Of a DNA stretch of 64,000 nt, positions 1 to 12,089 are shown piece by piece. This stretch comes from Dicyema japonicum (Eukaryota; Animalia; Dicyemida). Each line of letters starts with the position of its first letter. Within the stretch, counting starts at the first letter, position 1. Below the pieces are notes generated by a model that worked only from the letters and a program-made list of their open reading frames with translations, did no database searches and was not told where the DNA came from. The stretch spans positions 298,049-362,048 of the forward strand of contig RDEW01000016.1 in NCBI GenBank assembly GCA_011109175.1, in the 5' to 3' direction. Position numbers and translations under genes: made by a program.

Positions 1-94
1 TGTTCTCATAGTGACAATACCAGAGTATACGGATTCTTTATCATCTGACATTTATGTAATATAAATTACTTTGAGACACGTTCGCCCAGAAAAA

Positions 95-375
95 TCTTCA
101 CGAGAGTGCTACAAGGGCCTGTTCAGCATCCGTAAAGGCGGAGAAGGCCAAACTCGTTAAATACGTCGACCTTCCAGATGATGTCAAATTTGTTCCCCTT
201 GCTGTGGAGACTTCCGGATCCTACTCCCCCTCTACACTCGAGTTTTTCGGACGTCTTGGAAACCGGATCACCTCATGCACTGATGATCACCGTGAACGCC
301 GCTGACTATTTGAGCGAATTTCGCTCGCAATTTTGAAAGGGAACAGCCACGCAGTGTGGGCGGCAACTACCTGAC
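95..375 (+). mobile_element. 3' remnant of CRE-clade non-LTR retrotransposon (RLE endonuclease C-terminus)
   Basis: Translates AEKAKLVKYVDLPDDVKFVPLAVETSG...R*LFERISLAILKGNSHAV, the K-KY / F-PLAVET-G / R-SLA--RGN tail of CRE RLE domains; in-frame stop. Confidence 0.8.
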
Positions 376-1749
376 TTCTATTGTTTAAATTATATAATTA
401 CTTTGCATCATTCATAATAATGTTGTAATGAATTCAAAATGTGAAAGTCAACATCCAAATACTATTTCGTAAGTTTATGAAGAGAAAATATTATCATTTG
501 AAGCAACACACGGGCATGCGTAAAACAGATTTAGACTGAGAACAATAGATGAAATTGTAGAAAACTTATACTTCCAGTGACCTTTCTCGAGTTCATCAAT
601 TTTTTTTGTAATGCCAAGTAGGAACTAAATGGAAAAGTTTTGAAAAAGGTTATAAAAATAAATTAAATATCATATTTTTGCTAAAAATACATTTTTATGA
701 TAAAAATTGAAAACCGATCGTTATAAGTACCGAAAAATCAAATAGTGGAGAGTTGTCCATATTTATAGGTTACCAAAATACACATACAAGACATTTTGAT
801 AACATCCTTCGACACTATTTGATAATCCAATAATAAATATACTATTGAAGAATAAAATACGAAAATATAACAACAAAAATCAGGATGAAATAGAGAAAAG
901 ATAAACCAACCACAACAACTATTTAACCATGTGTTAAACATATATTAATGTATTGAAAGGTCACCATATTGTAAATAACAATTTTATAAATATTAAATTA
1001 ATTTAAAGTCAAAATTCGACGATAATCAATTAATCTATTATTATGCAGCCTACCTCTCATGTGAGCTCTGATCGCAGAAGCAAATAAAATGCTGATATTT
1101 CATTATATGCAGTTAATATACTATGCCTCCATTTTTTTCATTATATTTGTGGAGATTGTTGTACCTGAAAGGTAAATGGACTTGAGTGCTTTCGGAATTT
1201 TGGACATTGGTCGGTTATTAAACACGTTTCAATAACTGGCGGAAAGATTCATGAGGAAGATTACAACTTGGAAGATTGAAACATGTTGCTCAAATTCTAT
1301 TTTAAAGTCAATCACAAAGACCATATAAGGTCATCCGTACTCTCATTTGCCAATAAATCCAAAAAGTAACCAGAATCAACATATTTTACCGAGAAATGAC
1401 GTAATAAAAGTATTGAAATAAATTGTAATCACTTTCACTGAGTCTGACGGGGTTCCCATTATTTTACTGAAAGAAATCTCGGAGTATTAGCTTTCACCGA
1501 CAAAACAAGGCCATTCAACATATCAGTAACAAATTCAGTTATACGTAAACAACCTTACATACGACCAATCCTGAAACATGGAAGACTGAAGAACAATCCA
1601 TCCTCAGACGCCCAAGGCATACTCACTCGCAGGAGTAATGTGTAATCGAACGTTGATTATAAAAAAAAGCTGTTATTAAAGAAAATCTACAGTAACTCTT
1701 TACTCCTCGTAACTCTTGAATAACGTTAACTAAAATTAGACTAAACTAA

Positions 1750-1985
1750 CATATCCTTCTTTTTTATGATTGTCTTCACCGGCCATCTACATGACTTCCA
1801 CTTCCTCTTCGGACTGAGGGTCCGCCGATTCGCCAAAATAATGAGTTGTCCGCTCTTCCAGTCGCCTCGACACGTAAAGGATTTCGTTAATTAGTGATCC
1901 CGTTCCATGTCAAAACCACAGAAATAATTATCACAGGAGCATCGTATAGCGACCTCAATTCTCCAGCGAGCAAGTCATATTTGTG
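1750..1985 (-). mobile_element. 3' remnant of R2/NeSL-like RLE retrotransposon
   Basis: HTEVEKLHKYDLLAGELRSLYDAPVIIISVVLTWNG matches EVEKKRKYDFLANEM...IPIVMTWEG of the element at 31.5-35 kb. Confidence 0.7.
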
Positions 1986-2249
1986 TAGCTTTTCCACCTC
2001 TGTATGCTTGAGTGCTTCGTGAGTGTCTATAATATATTGATAATTATTATTCTTAATAAATTACAAGTTAATAGGTGGTAACATTGTTGTTAGTTTTACC
2101 CCATTTTCCAGAATTTGTACTAAGTTAATAAAAATTAAAGTCAATGTCTTTTATAATAGCATTAAAAGTTTTTCAATTTTTAGGACGCAAAGTCTTATCT
2201 GATCTCTAGAGGACATATGATCCTGGCAGGCATCCCAATCATAAATCGA

Positions 2250-3070
2250 TTGCAGACGTATAAGTCTAAATTTCACAAAAATCTGGCAAGTATTGGTAAA
2301 ACCTGCATAATTCGTATCCTTTAGCCATTCGGAAAGTTTTTGTATTAAAATAATTCAGGAGGGATATCTGCGGCCTTGACTACATGGTTAAAGATCAGAC
2401 TCGTCCGATGGCATTTGATGTTTCCAAAGCGAGAGGGAAGAACATCACGTAATGGGGGATGTTAACATATTTCGGCCGTTATAGGTTTTTCGTCTATTTC
2501 TGAGGCTGAACAGGCTACGGACTGATTCATGAATAGATTCTTTGTTGAGATGTGTCCGGCAGGTGACGTCCCAGACTAATGCCTCCCATTTTCAGACGGA
2601 AAAGTAATTATTCCATCTGGAGATGTTTCCGTATCCGACATTATCCGTACGGCCTCACCAGTAAATGATGTACTAGCAGCATCCATTGGCCGCTAACAAC
2701 ATAGTTCATGGACTTGGAGACATCCATTCGGATTGAATCGTCGTCAAAAAGTTCCCTAAATACCGTTTTGAATGGCATTGAACCATACTCCACTATCGGG
2801 AGATTCTCCCGGAACAGACATGCACGACTGTGTTAGAAGTTTCCAGGAGCTTATCAATAGCCCTCGATGATACAACATCATCCATGCTACGTTTCAATCC
2901 TGGAAAGTAGAAGTGAAGAATATTGACGAGTTATATATCTCCCATTGGTGGCGAAATTCTGGGAAAGTGTGCAGAATTCTCCTGACCAGGGAATCAAAAG
3001 CCACGAGATGAAAATCTTGTATTCAATACCTGACGTGAGTTTGCGATTTGACCATCCTAGTAAAACATTT
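2250..3070 (-). mobile_element. Degraded CRE-clade retrotransposon fragment
   Basis: Frameshifted motifs DSGVWFNAI..GT, PDGIITFP, ALVWDVTC, FFPLALETSNAIG. Confidence 0.7.
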
Positions 3071-3419
3071 TACTGGTAGGAGCTTTCCTAAAATAAAAAA
3101 AAAATTTAATAAATTAACAGCGAAAAGTAAAAAAGCCGACTATGATATGAAAATACGAGCACTTAGTCTATAGATAACTACTAATTTAAATCCTCCATTT
3201 TAAATTAACACAGACTCCACCAACGTTAAAACTAGCTTTATAATGATAGCAGGAAGACATACTCTATAAGAGAGATAAGGTCAGTGATGTTTTACAATCC
3301 CTAAAAAGTATATTAAAAAATGTTGCCGATCTCTTTACAACCATAATACTGGAGTAATGTTACTGATTTGTAATATTTAACTATTAAGAAATAAATACAA
3401 TGAAACACACCAATATTAA

Positions 3420-3804
3420 AGTTAATTAGCAGGCACTTCCTTAGGTTTTTTAATGGAAGAACCAAGTTTCTTTAACAATTTTGTGTTCTTCAATGAAGAA
3501 TGCCCGTTTTATGGTATTCTTGACACAACTTGTGACATCTAATTCCCACCATATATGCGAGTGACTGTCTTGGCCTTCATTGGGAGACGGGACTTCATGG
3601 CAGGGCGTGCAGGAGTTATTCCTTTCAGTTTCTCTTTGCAAATAGCACACTTTAACTACTGACTTTCTCTTCTTTTAAGTACTGTACAGTAAGGCGACAC
3701 CAGGAGTACGTATTCTAATAATTATATTATAATTAATAACATCTTCTTTCTGTTTGATTTGTGTTGTATGGCTTTTTTACGGGTTAATTGGAACTCGTGA
3801 ACAT
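3420..3804 (-). pseudogene. RPL34: 60S ribosomal protein L34, frameshift-riddled (pseudogene or unpolished assembly); one 26-nt intron at 3715-3740
   Basis: Across frames: KKPYNT.SNRKK/IRTPG.RLTVQYL/KCAICKEKLKGITPARP...KTVTRIYGG/CVKNTIKRAFFIEEHKIVK, colinear with eL34; roughly 8-10 single-base indels, mostly in homopolymers. Confidence 0.85.
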
Positions 3805-4079
3805 TCACACTAACAACACGTTGGAAATTTAAATATTTAATTTTATATTATTAATAATTTTATTTATATTATAATTTTCAGATGATTTTATTATTTTAAT
3901 TTCTGATTTGTATAATGTTAAACTTCAAGATTACTGAATATTATCAAACTCTACTAAAAAGAAGACCAGGGCATAGTTGTTTGTGCTGTTGAGATTAGTT
4001 GTGAAGTGATTCGACAACAATATTTACAATGTCATTTTGGCTGAGGTGGTGACGTCCTTCTCATCTCATGTCGTATACG

Positions 4080-5290
4080 CGTTTGAATGATTCTTCCTGC
4101 AGAGGTCGAATACTTAAAAAACAACAGTGCAACATTTCTGGCTATGCGACTTATGCGGAGGAAAAACCTATAGGGAAGCTTCTTTCGGACGACAGAAATG
4201 CAAAAACAATTGGAATTGCTGCCAAACAGACAGAATTTGTCACATCGCACTTTGAACAACTGTTATTGTGAGAGGAGAGATATTGGATTCCAGACACCAA
4301 CGGATCATCATACCGGAGGATGTCTCCGGAGTTATAAGAAGCTCAAGATCTGTAGACATTCTTCGAAAAACTCATTGAGGTGCTGAAAGTTTCATTGAGG
4401 ACTAGGTCATTCTAATACTGATACTCCCATCAAACACAGGGTTACGGGTGCGTATTGAAAACTGTATGTCGTAAGAATCGGCACATCTCACGGAGACTCC
4501 TTTTCTCCGATATTGTTCGCTATAACTTGAATAGACTCTATGAGGTCTCCGAAGTATTACAGAGACGATATTATGGAATTTTTTACGCCGATTATATTGA
4601 CTTGTCTCAAGTAACGAAGAAGCACTTTGATATCTCCTGGAGGTAGCCAAATGGTCTCTATTAGTGAACACTTCGAAAGCGCATATAGTCGAGATCATGC
4701 GCACCACGCTCTATCGAAAACTGGAGGAAGACCATAAAACTTTTTTCTCGGAGACTCCGAAGACATTGCGAGAAGGAAATTGTTATCTACGATTACCATG
4801 CAAAAGATTATGAAAGGATGATCCAAAGACTGCCCATCACATGAGGCTTTCGTGAAACCATCCTTACGTAAAATTCTGGAACATGGAATCTCGAAAACCG
4901 ATAGACAAAAGCTCGACTCTTTTCATAGTAAGCAGTTTCGGTCTCTCTTGGGATTAAAGTGACTAATGTTTGTAAGAAGTGAAGCATTGTACAAAATATG
5001 CTCTTCTGACCTCTGAGTACCCTGATCATGAGGACGCGTTGGAAACTGTTTGACACATTCTAAGAATGGAACGAGACTTGCCAGTTAACGTCATCATACA
5101 AGAATTCTTCGAAACATCTGAGGAAAATTTTCGAGGTCGTCTACGTACAACGTTTCACAAAATTTTTAACGGTGACTTATGACCAGTCAACAGAACACTA
5201 AGGGACGGTGAAGACTTCAGTAGTCTGCTAAGTCTGGCATTGAACAGGAGAGGGTGGGAGAGACTAGTATCGAGGATCAGTTAGTATGAT
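4080..5290 (+). mobile_element. Degraded RTE-like APE-type LINE (RT and C-terminus)
   Basis: Fragments such as ADYIDL, KWSLLVNTSK, RQKLDSFH, MRTRWKLF..IL; same family as 15210-17380. Confidence 0.75.
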
Positions 5291-5999
5291 TTTATGTTGT
5301 TGTTAATAATAATATCTACTTTGTCTAAGAATTCCTTATTGGTCTCTGTTTTCTTCTAAGAGGCATCATGTGATCTACATGTTTCAAAAGACCTCCAGTA
5401 ATTCGGGCTTTTTAAGATGGTTTTGGATTATCACATTAAATAAAATTCCTGAAAAGCTTATTGGTAAGTTAACAGAAAAAGATTTATAGAGTGATAAGTT
5501 CTCAGAGAAATATATGTCAATTGTACAAAATATGAAAAGAGTAGTATCAAGATTCGATGGATTTGATAAAACCTCTTCTTATTCAAGAGACGATGGGATA
5601 TCTGTTTCAAGATAAGGAGCATTACAAAAAGGTTGCAGCTATCATAAATCACAGTGATTTAAGACGTCTAACAGAAAGTAGACCTTTAAAAAGCAACACA
5701 ATATTTCTTCATAACTATTTCTTGAAAAAATAAACTCGTAGGTAGAAAAATCAGATTTGAATTGACTTTAAAAATAAATTGTGAAATGGAAATACAAAAC
5801 GGAAAAATTATAGTTCTTAGGGATTTCATAGATATTTTGATTTATTTTTGATAGCTTACAAAAATACTACTTATTTCACTCACGTGGGGAAATGCGTTTT
5901 TAATTCTGAGAGCTGCCAGCTTTGATAAAAAAACTCTTAGTAGTTGTTAATCGATATTATTATAAGATTTCTTGATCATAAACTCACTTAAAGTTTCCT

Positions 6000-6380
6000 A
6001 TAACAACGTCATCTCCCTGTCCTAACGAATACTGAACTTAGTAAGAACACTTATTGGATACTAAAAAAGCTGCTTATACTCAATGTTATGCTCACTCTAT
6101 AAAACAACCGACAATCAGCTATGGCTGTGCTGCATGAAGGATAATCCTGTCCAATACGAATCTAAAGAAGATCAATATATTTCAAGCAACAGTCACTAGA
6201 ACTCTACAAAGGTTTTACGTGCCGCTAAGACTAGCTCTTTTCTAAGCACTTGTCAGGAGAACGGGGACCCTATTGACACCCTCAAAGTTTCTAAAAGTAA
6301 CACATGCATACAGGAAGTGCGTCGGATCTCGGGACAAACACTGAAAAAAGATGAGATGGCTGGTTAAAGAAGCTGGGATA
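6000..6380 (+). mobile_element. Degraded Ingi/Vingi-like LINE C-terminal fragment
   Basis: QPTISYGCAA..LSNTNLKKI resembles EPTIGYACAAWGSNLSATNL of the 25.5 kb LINE. Confidence 0.55.
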
Positions 6381-6758
6381 AATTGAAGGCTACGTATTTC
6401 CCTTTTAATTTGTTAGTGATTCTTGGTTTTAAATAAATTTACAAATAATAAGCTATTACTTTTCAAAAATTGAATGTGAATAATTAGTTAATTAGTCAAG
6501 CTTTACTAACTGGTAGGCTCCGTCGTGATTGCTGGGTTATTTAACTCTCTTGTAAGACATAGTTGACAAAGTTATTATATCAATGAATCTCATTATGTTT
6601 GTCATTCTTCACAAAGATCTTATAAAATTACATACTAAAATCAGTTGATAAGAAAAGTATTATAACCTCGAAATTAGTTTTCCATAATTCCCATCAAGAT
6701 TTAGGTGACTCTTTTATAGACGTCGACACTTCATTAGTTCTTAAATTAGTTTTTGCAT

Positions 6759-7045
6759 GGCAAGTAATGGCGCAGTGTAACGGTTGCCGGGGAAAAGGCC
6801 TAAAAGTCTCTAGTTCGAGTCCCGATACTGTACATTTCGGTTGAAGACTCCACGCATCAATATCTTCTAGCTTGAGGAGTGACGCTGTCATCGGTGAACA
6901 CTTTACTGCGGAATCGGATCGTCTTTATAGGACATACTCACAATAAAAAGAAAACAAAGTGAAGAGCATTCCTGGATTCTCTCTCGTCGATTAGCTATGA
7001 TAAATGTTCTTTGCTTAAAATAAAGTATATATGGCTCTCGTGAAA
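6759..7045 (+). mobile_element. tRNA-derived SINE, diverged copy
   Basis: A-box-like TGGCGCAGTG and B-box-like AGTTCGAGTCC, then body homologous to 50950-51271 and 61520-61852 (e.g. gtgaagagcattcc, gattag, tgttctttgcttaaaataaag). Confidence 0.65.
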
Positions 7046-7338
7046 CTGCTTAAAAATGGCAAGAAATCAACAAATTAGATTCATGAGAGATTAGACATTT
7101 TAAAAGAAAATGAAGGATTTTCAAAGAATTACTTAATATTCTGTCAAATAACCGATTTCCAGAATGAATATTAACAAACAAAAACAACCTCCAACAAGTC
7201 TTATTACATCCGCCCACATAGACTGCATTAAATGGTTAATAATTAGAGTAGGTCGTGGGAAACTAACTCTCGGCAGAATCAAAGAATAACTCTAATGGAG
7301 AGATAAAGCATATAATCAAAGACCAATTCATTAATAAT

Positions 7339-9634
7339 TTAATACTTTTCCAATAACTTAGCCAATAATTCATTAATCTGTGAAACCATCATTTTGGGGT
7401 CATCACACAGTCCAGCATTGGCTAAAGCATTATCATACAACTGATTCAACAACATCACTGATAATGTCTCATCCTTGTCCCTCAATCTATGCATACTCAT
7501 CACTATGGGATGTCTTGGAGTCAATCTTTCAACAAATACTTTGGATTTATCTCCAACACTCCTTGAGTGAGCTGTTGCTTCAGTACAGTGTCCTTCTCTG
7601 TCAAGCTTGTCTTCAAAAAATGTCTGATAGCTCCCAAATCCTTCACATTAAGGACCGCTGGGTGGCTTTCGAGGACATTGGTAGTCCTGACATCTCTGAC
7701 TTTGTTTCCTAGGGACTTTTTCATCCACGTGGTCAAGGAAGTTGACTCCTCATTCGTCAATCTACTTCCATCTAAGGATAATTCTAATCTCAACCAACAG
7801 TCTCCACGTGTTTCCTATCGAAATTGTCCTCATCCACGATGCTCTCAACTGATTTCAGTGTACACGTGTCGAACTGAGCCAAATTCATTAAAACGAGTTC
7901 GTCATGCTGTTCTGTGCAAAGAAGAACCTCAGAATCTTTTCTTCGCATAGCCTCCATGTAAGGCGAGGATTCTGCTACAGTCCGACTAATTTTACACATG
8001 GATTCACTTTGGAGCCAAAAAATAGTAGATAGTACGAGATCCCCCAGTCATTCGATTTCTGTACTCTTCAAGACTTGTCTTTTGGCCGGCTGGTAGTTTG
8101 GAAGACTCAAATCTGATTAGTTTTCCGATCTCTTCCTACAAGAGAGTCAAATAATGAATTCTACTCGTTCAGTCTGGTCAGAGGAAAGCACTAATCCCTC
8201 CCTGATAAACATCCCAAAGTCTGAGTAGAACTGCAGGTAGTCTTCTGGTTCTTCCTTCGACTTGATCTGCAAGAACTTAACAATCTTCATGGCCAATGTT
8301 GACTTGATCTTCGAAATGAGCACGTGGTCCTGTAGCATCTCCCGGCTGATGTTCAGAGGAATGTCTTCACAGTTGACCACGCCTATAAATAACGACCCCA
8401 CGTGGATACCTTTGAGAAATCTTAGCCAACGAGGAAGAATGTTCTTGGCCTTCTCCATAATCATGACCTTTCTGCAGTATAGACTTACAGCAACGTCTCC
8501 GTCACGTGCCAAATCCACCAAGGCTGAGAATTAGTTCAGAACAAACTAGGTTTGTATTTGGGTACATAAAGTACAGCACTCATGCACGTGGGTGCCTCAG
8601 TTCTGAACTGATAGGTAAACCTAGGTCCCAGACTCTCAGAGGTCCCTCCAGAAATGTAGCGAAAGAAATTGGTATGGTCGTCCATAGAGACTTTCTTAGG
8701 ATCGGCCAACCAAATGGGCTGAAATTAAATAAAATAAAGAACTTCAATCAAATCAAGTCTTATCGTTCACGTAGATCGGAAATGTAAAGAAATTGCAGTA
8801 CTTTTTAACAATTTCTAACAAAATATCAAATCACAGCAACCAATTATCTTCTCTGGCTTGGAGAACTCCAAAGCTGTGTCCCTTAGTTCGATGTTGACCA
8901 ATGTTCCCCTGTTGACCCCCTCAGCCTCTGCCAAACTGAACTCTCCTGTCCTAAGGAATAAGTCCTATCAAATACCCGTCGGATTGCCAGCAGTAAGCGA
9001 CAGATCCCGGCTTGTAGGAGCGGGAAAAAACAGAGACCCGAGACCCGGTAATAAAGGAAGAGTAGAAACCGACGCCAAACTGACCAATCAGCTTTTCTGA
9101 GGAGAATGAGTCGAGTTTTTGAGCAAATTCTTGTGACCCCGATTTAGCGATGACTCCAAGATTCTTCATAAGCTCATCTCTGGTCATTCCGATGCCAGAA
9201 TCCTGATATTGACTCAAACGAGTACTTGTATGCTCAAAGTCTTCTTCTCGGGGTCACAGAATATGTTTATTTGGAGGGGAAGTTCGGGATTAGTCATTTC
9301 TTCACCAGAAGAACTCATAAAGCGCAGTTTTTCTAGAGCATCACTGGAGTTGGAGATGAGTTCTCTGAGGAAGACCTTAATTTACTACATTTATGACCTC
9401 TTTGTCTGAATAGAGTGAATTTGCTATTATATTGAGGAGTTTGGTTGTTTCCGTTTGAAATGGGTTATGTTCGGGTTGGCCTACCACTGTTGGAGATGAG
9501 TGGACTGCACGAAAAAGTGTGAGGGGATAAAATGTTGAAGGTAATCTTACTGTGATGATAATAAAATTGCTACTCCTTGAGAAATTTCGTGATAGTAAAA
9601 ATAGTCTCTTTGAGATTTCACGTGTTGAAAACAT
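7339..9634 (-). CDS. TRAP1: Mitochondrial Hsp90 TRAP1/Hsp75; 12 exons, 11 introns of 22-29 nt; one apparent 1-nt deletion near 8757
   Basis: N-terminal presequence-like segment then [21 protein letters not shown]|[84 protein letters not shown] introns at 9376-9397, 9203-9225, 8951-8975, 8815-8840, 8719-8742, 8524-8546, 8383-8409, 8136-8164, 7986-8007, 7772-7794, 7514-7539. Confidence 0.95.
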
Positions 9635-9719
9635 TGGAAATTTTAAATATAATTTATTTTTGTGACTTTAAATTTTAATTAAATATAAATAAAAATTGTT
9701 TACTTTATTCGATTCCCAG

Positions 9720-9945
9720 AATGGATTTTTTTAGGCATGTTGTCCGCTCTGGTTCCCTGGAAAAAGCAATATTACTGGGAAGAAAAGACCTGGCCGACCG
9801 AGGACTCGGTGGCTGTCTACGGTGGAAGACGTAACGGGAATACTTATATCAAGGCTACTCCAAATTGCAACGGATTGGGGAGAGTGAAGGAAACTCCTTC
9901 ATGAGATCTCCAAGGGTCGGACACGACTTAATTGGACAACATAAC
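9720..9945 (+). mobile_element. 3' end of RTE (BovB-like) LINE
   Basis: LEKAILLG.KRPGRPRTRWLSTVED...ISKGRTRLNWTT, typical RTE C-terminus. Confidence 0.75.
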
Positions 9946-10304
9946 TTAACATTCGATTCCCGCACCACTACCTTCTGTTCGAAGGATTTCGTACTTTTCT
10001 GTCCTTTCATAAATCCTCAGAGTCGTGTGTTGATCTACCTGTCTCAGGAGACGCCAAATGCCCGGCCAGCATCCAAAAAGGATCAATCATCTCACTATTT
10101 TTCCAACAATGGCCAATTATAATAAATAGAATAAGTTTCCCTCCAACAGTGGGAATTGGATATACCTCAATTATACGTTAATCACTCTTTATTTTGTTCG
10201 GTAAATAACCAAACTTCATTTTAATATTTCAGTGCTTTCTTGGGTTTATTAATTTTAACTTATCATCAAAAAAAACCTCATTCTATAAGTGAATGAAGAA
10301 GCCC

Positions 10305-10560
10305 CTACTTCATGACTATTTCCTCTCAAAATTACTAGCAAAACTCGCTCAAATAACCAGCGACACTCGCGAAGATCATCACAATGTCGGGAAATATGAC
10401 TCCCAAGTCGATTCAGAAATTTCAGTGTAGAGATCCCATAACACCATTAGTCTCTATAGTAAGAGGAGTTTAAGTAAGAGTATCACTCCATCGAATAACT
10501 TAGCATAGTTCTTGTTGCCGACGTTTCGGGTCTCATAGTGGCCGAGTAGTATATGGAAGA
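10305..10560 (-). mobile_element. 3' remnant of CRE-clade element, related to 95-375
   Basis: ..DDLRECRWLFERVLLVILRGNSHE; nucleotide similarity to 270-360. Confidence 0.7.
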
Positions 10561-11199
10561 AGCCTTAAAATTAATATTGTTACTACTAATAATTATCTCT
10601 AATTACTACGATGTTGTTTGAGTGGTTGATAATTTTAATAATGTCGATGTTCTTATCATACTCTCAGTCTGTCTAGTCTACACCGTGCACGACCTCAGTA
10701 AACTACGGAGACGTGCGAGGAGGAAAGTTATATAGAGAAAACTGGGAGAACAGATAGTGAAGACTCTAAGTATTCATAAACTTATGGGTAACGCGGGAAT
10801 ACATTTAACTTATCTCGTTCTAGAAAAATTTAGATCTTGTTCTACCATAGAATAGGCTTACGAGTATTAAGAGTTTACTTAACAAAATGCTTACAATATT
10901 AGGTAACCTCATCACACAGTCACAACTAATCAAAAAGGAAACCATCTAGTGTCCAAAAATCACTCATTTTTAGACGCAAGAGTTTTCACAATCTTTATAA
11001 GTGGATTATTATTATAACCCCAGGATCACTGGGTCAAAGAGAAAGAAATAAGAGTTCTCATAACTAAGTGATTCCAGACCGACGAGGGAGAGGACGAGAA
11101 AGCGGAGTGGAGAGTCAAGCACTGCTCTTCTTAACGCACAAACATTTTACCAATGGATTTAATATAAATAAATAAAATTATTCCAAAGACCAAGGGTGA

Positions 11200-11475
11200 A
11201 ACCAAACTAACTAATTCCTTAATCCTGATGAGTTCATAAAAACCTTCACACAAGATCAATGATTCAGAAGAATGTTTGGGGAGCTGAAGTCGATTCTAGA
11301 ACTCTTAGCCGGACAACGAAATTGTCTCACGGTGGAATAAATAATTAGATTCTTTGGGACGCCAGTGGACATCGGGCGTCTCTTTAGTAAAGTGGATCCA
11401 ATGACGCCATTAGAGGGAAAGAAGATAAACTTTTAGCCAATTAGTCACATAGCACTACATGGTGCCACGCAGCTT
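11200..11475 (-). mobile_element. LINE 3' end with (TTAG)-like tail, homologous to 49865-50075
   Basis: Shared aaccaaactaactaa tail and gggcg..tc...aa.gtggatcca core. Confidence 0.55.
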
Positions 11476-11589
11476 TGGCCAGACAGGAGTATCAAGTGTA
11501 GATACTTTCACTGATAATCTTTTTTTGATAATTTTATATTATAATTCTACTTATTGTTTTTTTTTAAATTATAATTTCAAATTTTCAAA

Positions 11590-12011
11590 ATGAGTGAGGT
11601 GGCAGAACCGCGTTTCAGAATAAATGGCTCAATGATAGACAATTTCATAGGCAAACAGATATGTCTAATAGGCAACGTGATTAGAGTTATTCCTTACATG
11701 TTCACTGTAGACTGCTGCTAATCAGAGATCATTCGTTATGAAAACCTCCGACAACTATGACGTCACAGTTTTACTTCAACAACCAGTATATTAGTGTGAT
11801 CACACAGCTGAGTGAACCATTGGATGGCATTATTGAGTTATGGGGAATAGTCAGCAGTGAGAGACACGTGGTCTGTGATAATTATGTAGTTTTCCCCAGA
11901 GAAGATGTCGAGAAATTTGGTAATGATTGTGTTTACTGAGATGTTAAACTGTATGACCAGGTTGTGGGAATGTTGGTGGACAACAGTCAGTTCTACTACG
12001 CACGTGCTTAG
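11590..12011 (+). CDS. RPA3: Replication protein A 14 kDa subunit; introns 11686-11710 (25 nt), 11786-11807 (22 nt), 11920-11940 (21 nt)
   Basis: Spliced product MSEVAEPRFRINGSMIDNFIGKQICLIGNVIR-TAANQRSFVMKTSDNYDVTVLLQQP-LSEPLDGIIELWGIVSSERHVVCDNYVVFPREDVEKF-DVKLYDQVVGMLVDNSQFYYARA*, colinear with RPA14 OB fold. Confidence 0.9.
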
Positions 12012-12089
12012 TTAATTTGTAAAGTTTGTTTATTGGCTTTGCTTTTAAGAAATGACTTTATTGCTGTATTTGTAAATAAGAGACAAATG

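Noticed and set aside
2250-3070. Gypsy/LTR integrase remnant
   Set aside because: Translation gives CRE RLE motifs (SGVWFNAI, VWDVTC, FPLALET), and no LTRs were seen
8740-8760. Stop-codon reassignment or readthrough to explain TGA in TRAP1
   Set aside because: A single-base indel restores homology, and downstream sequence is in another frame; intact genes end in standard TAA/TAG
7380-9409. Plus-strand ORFs overlapping TRAP1
   Set aside because: Antisense shadows of a well-supported spliced gene
11200-11475. Novel MITE family with 49865-50075
   Set aside because: No TIRs; simple-repeat tail and residual coding similarity indicate LINE 3' ends
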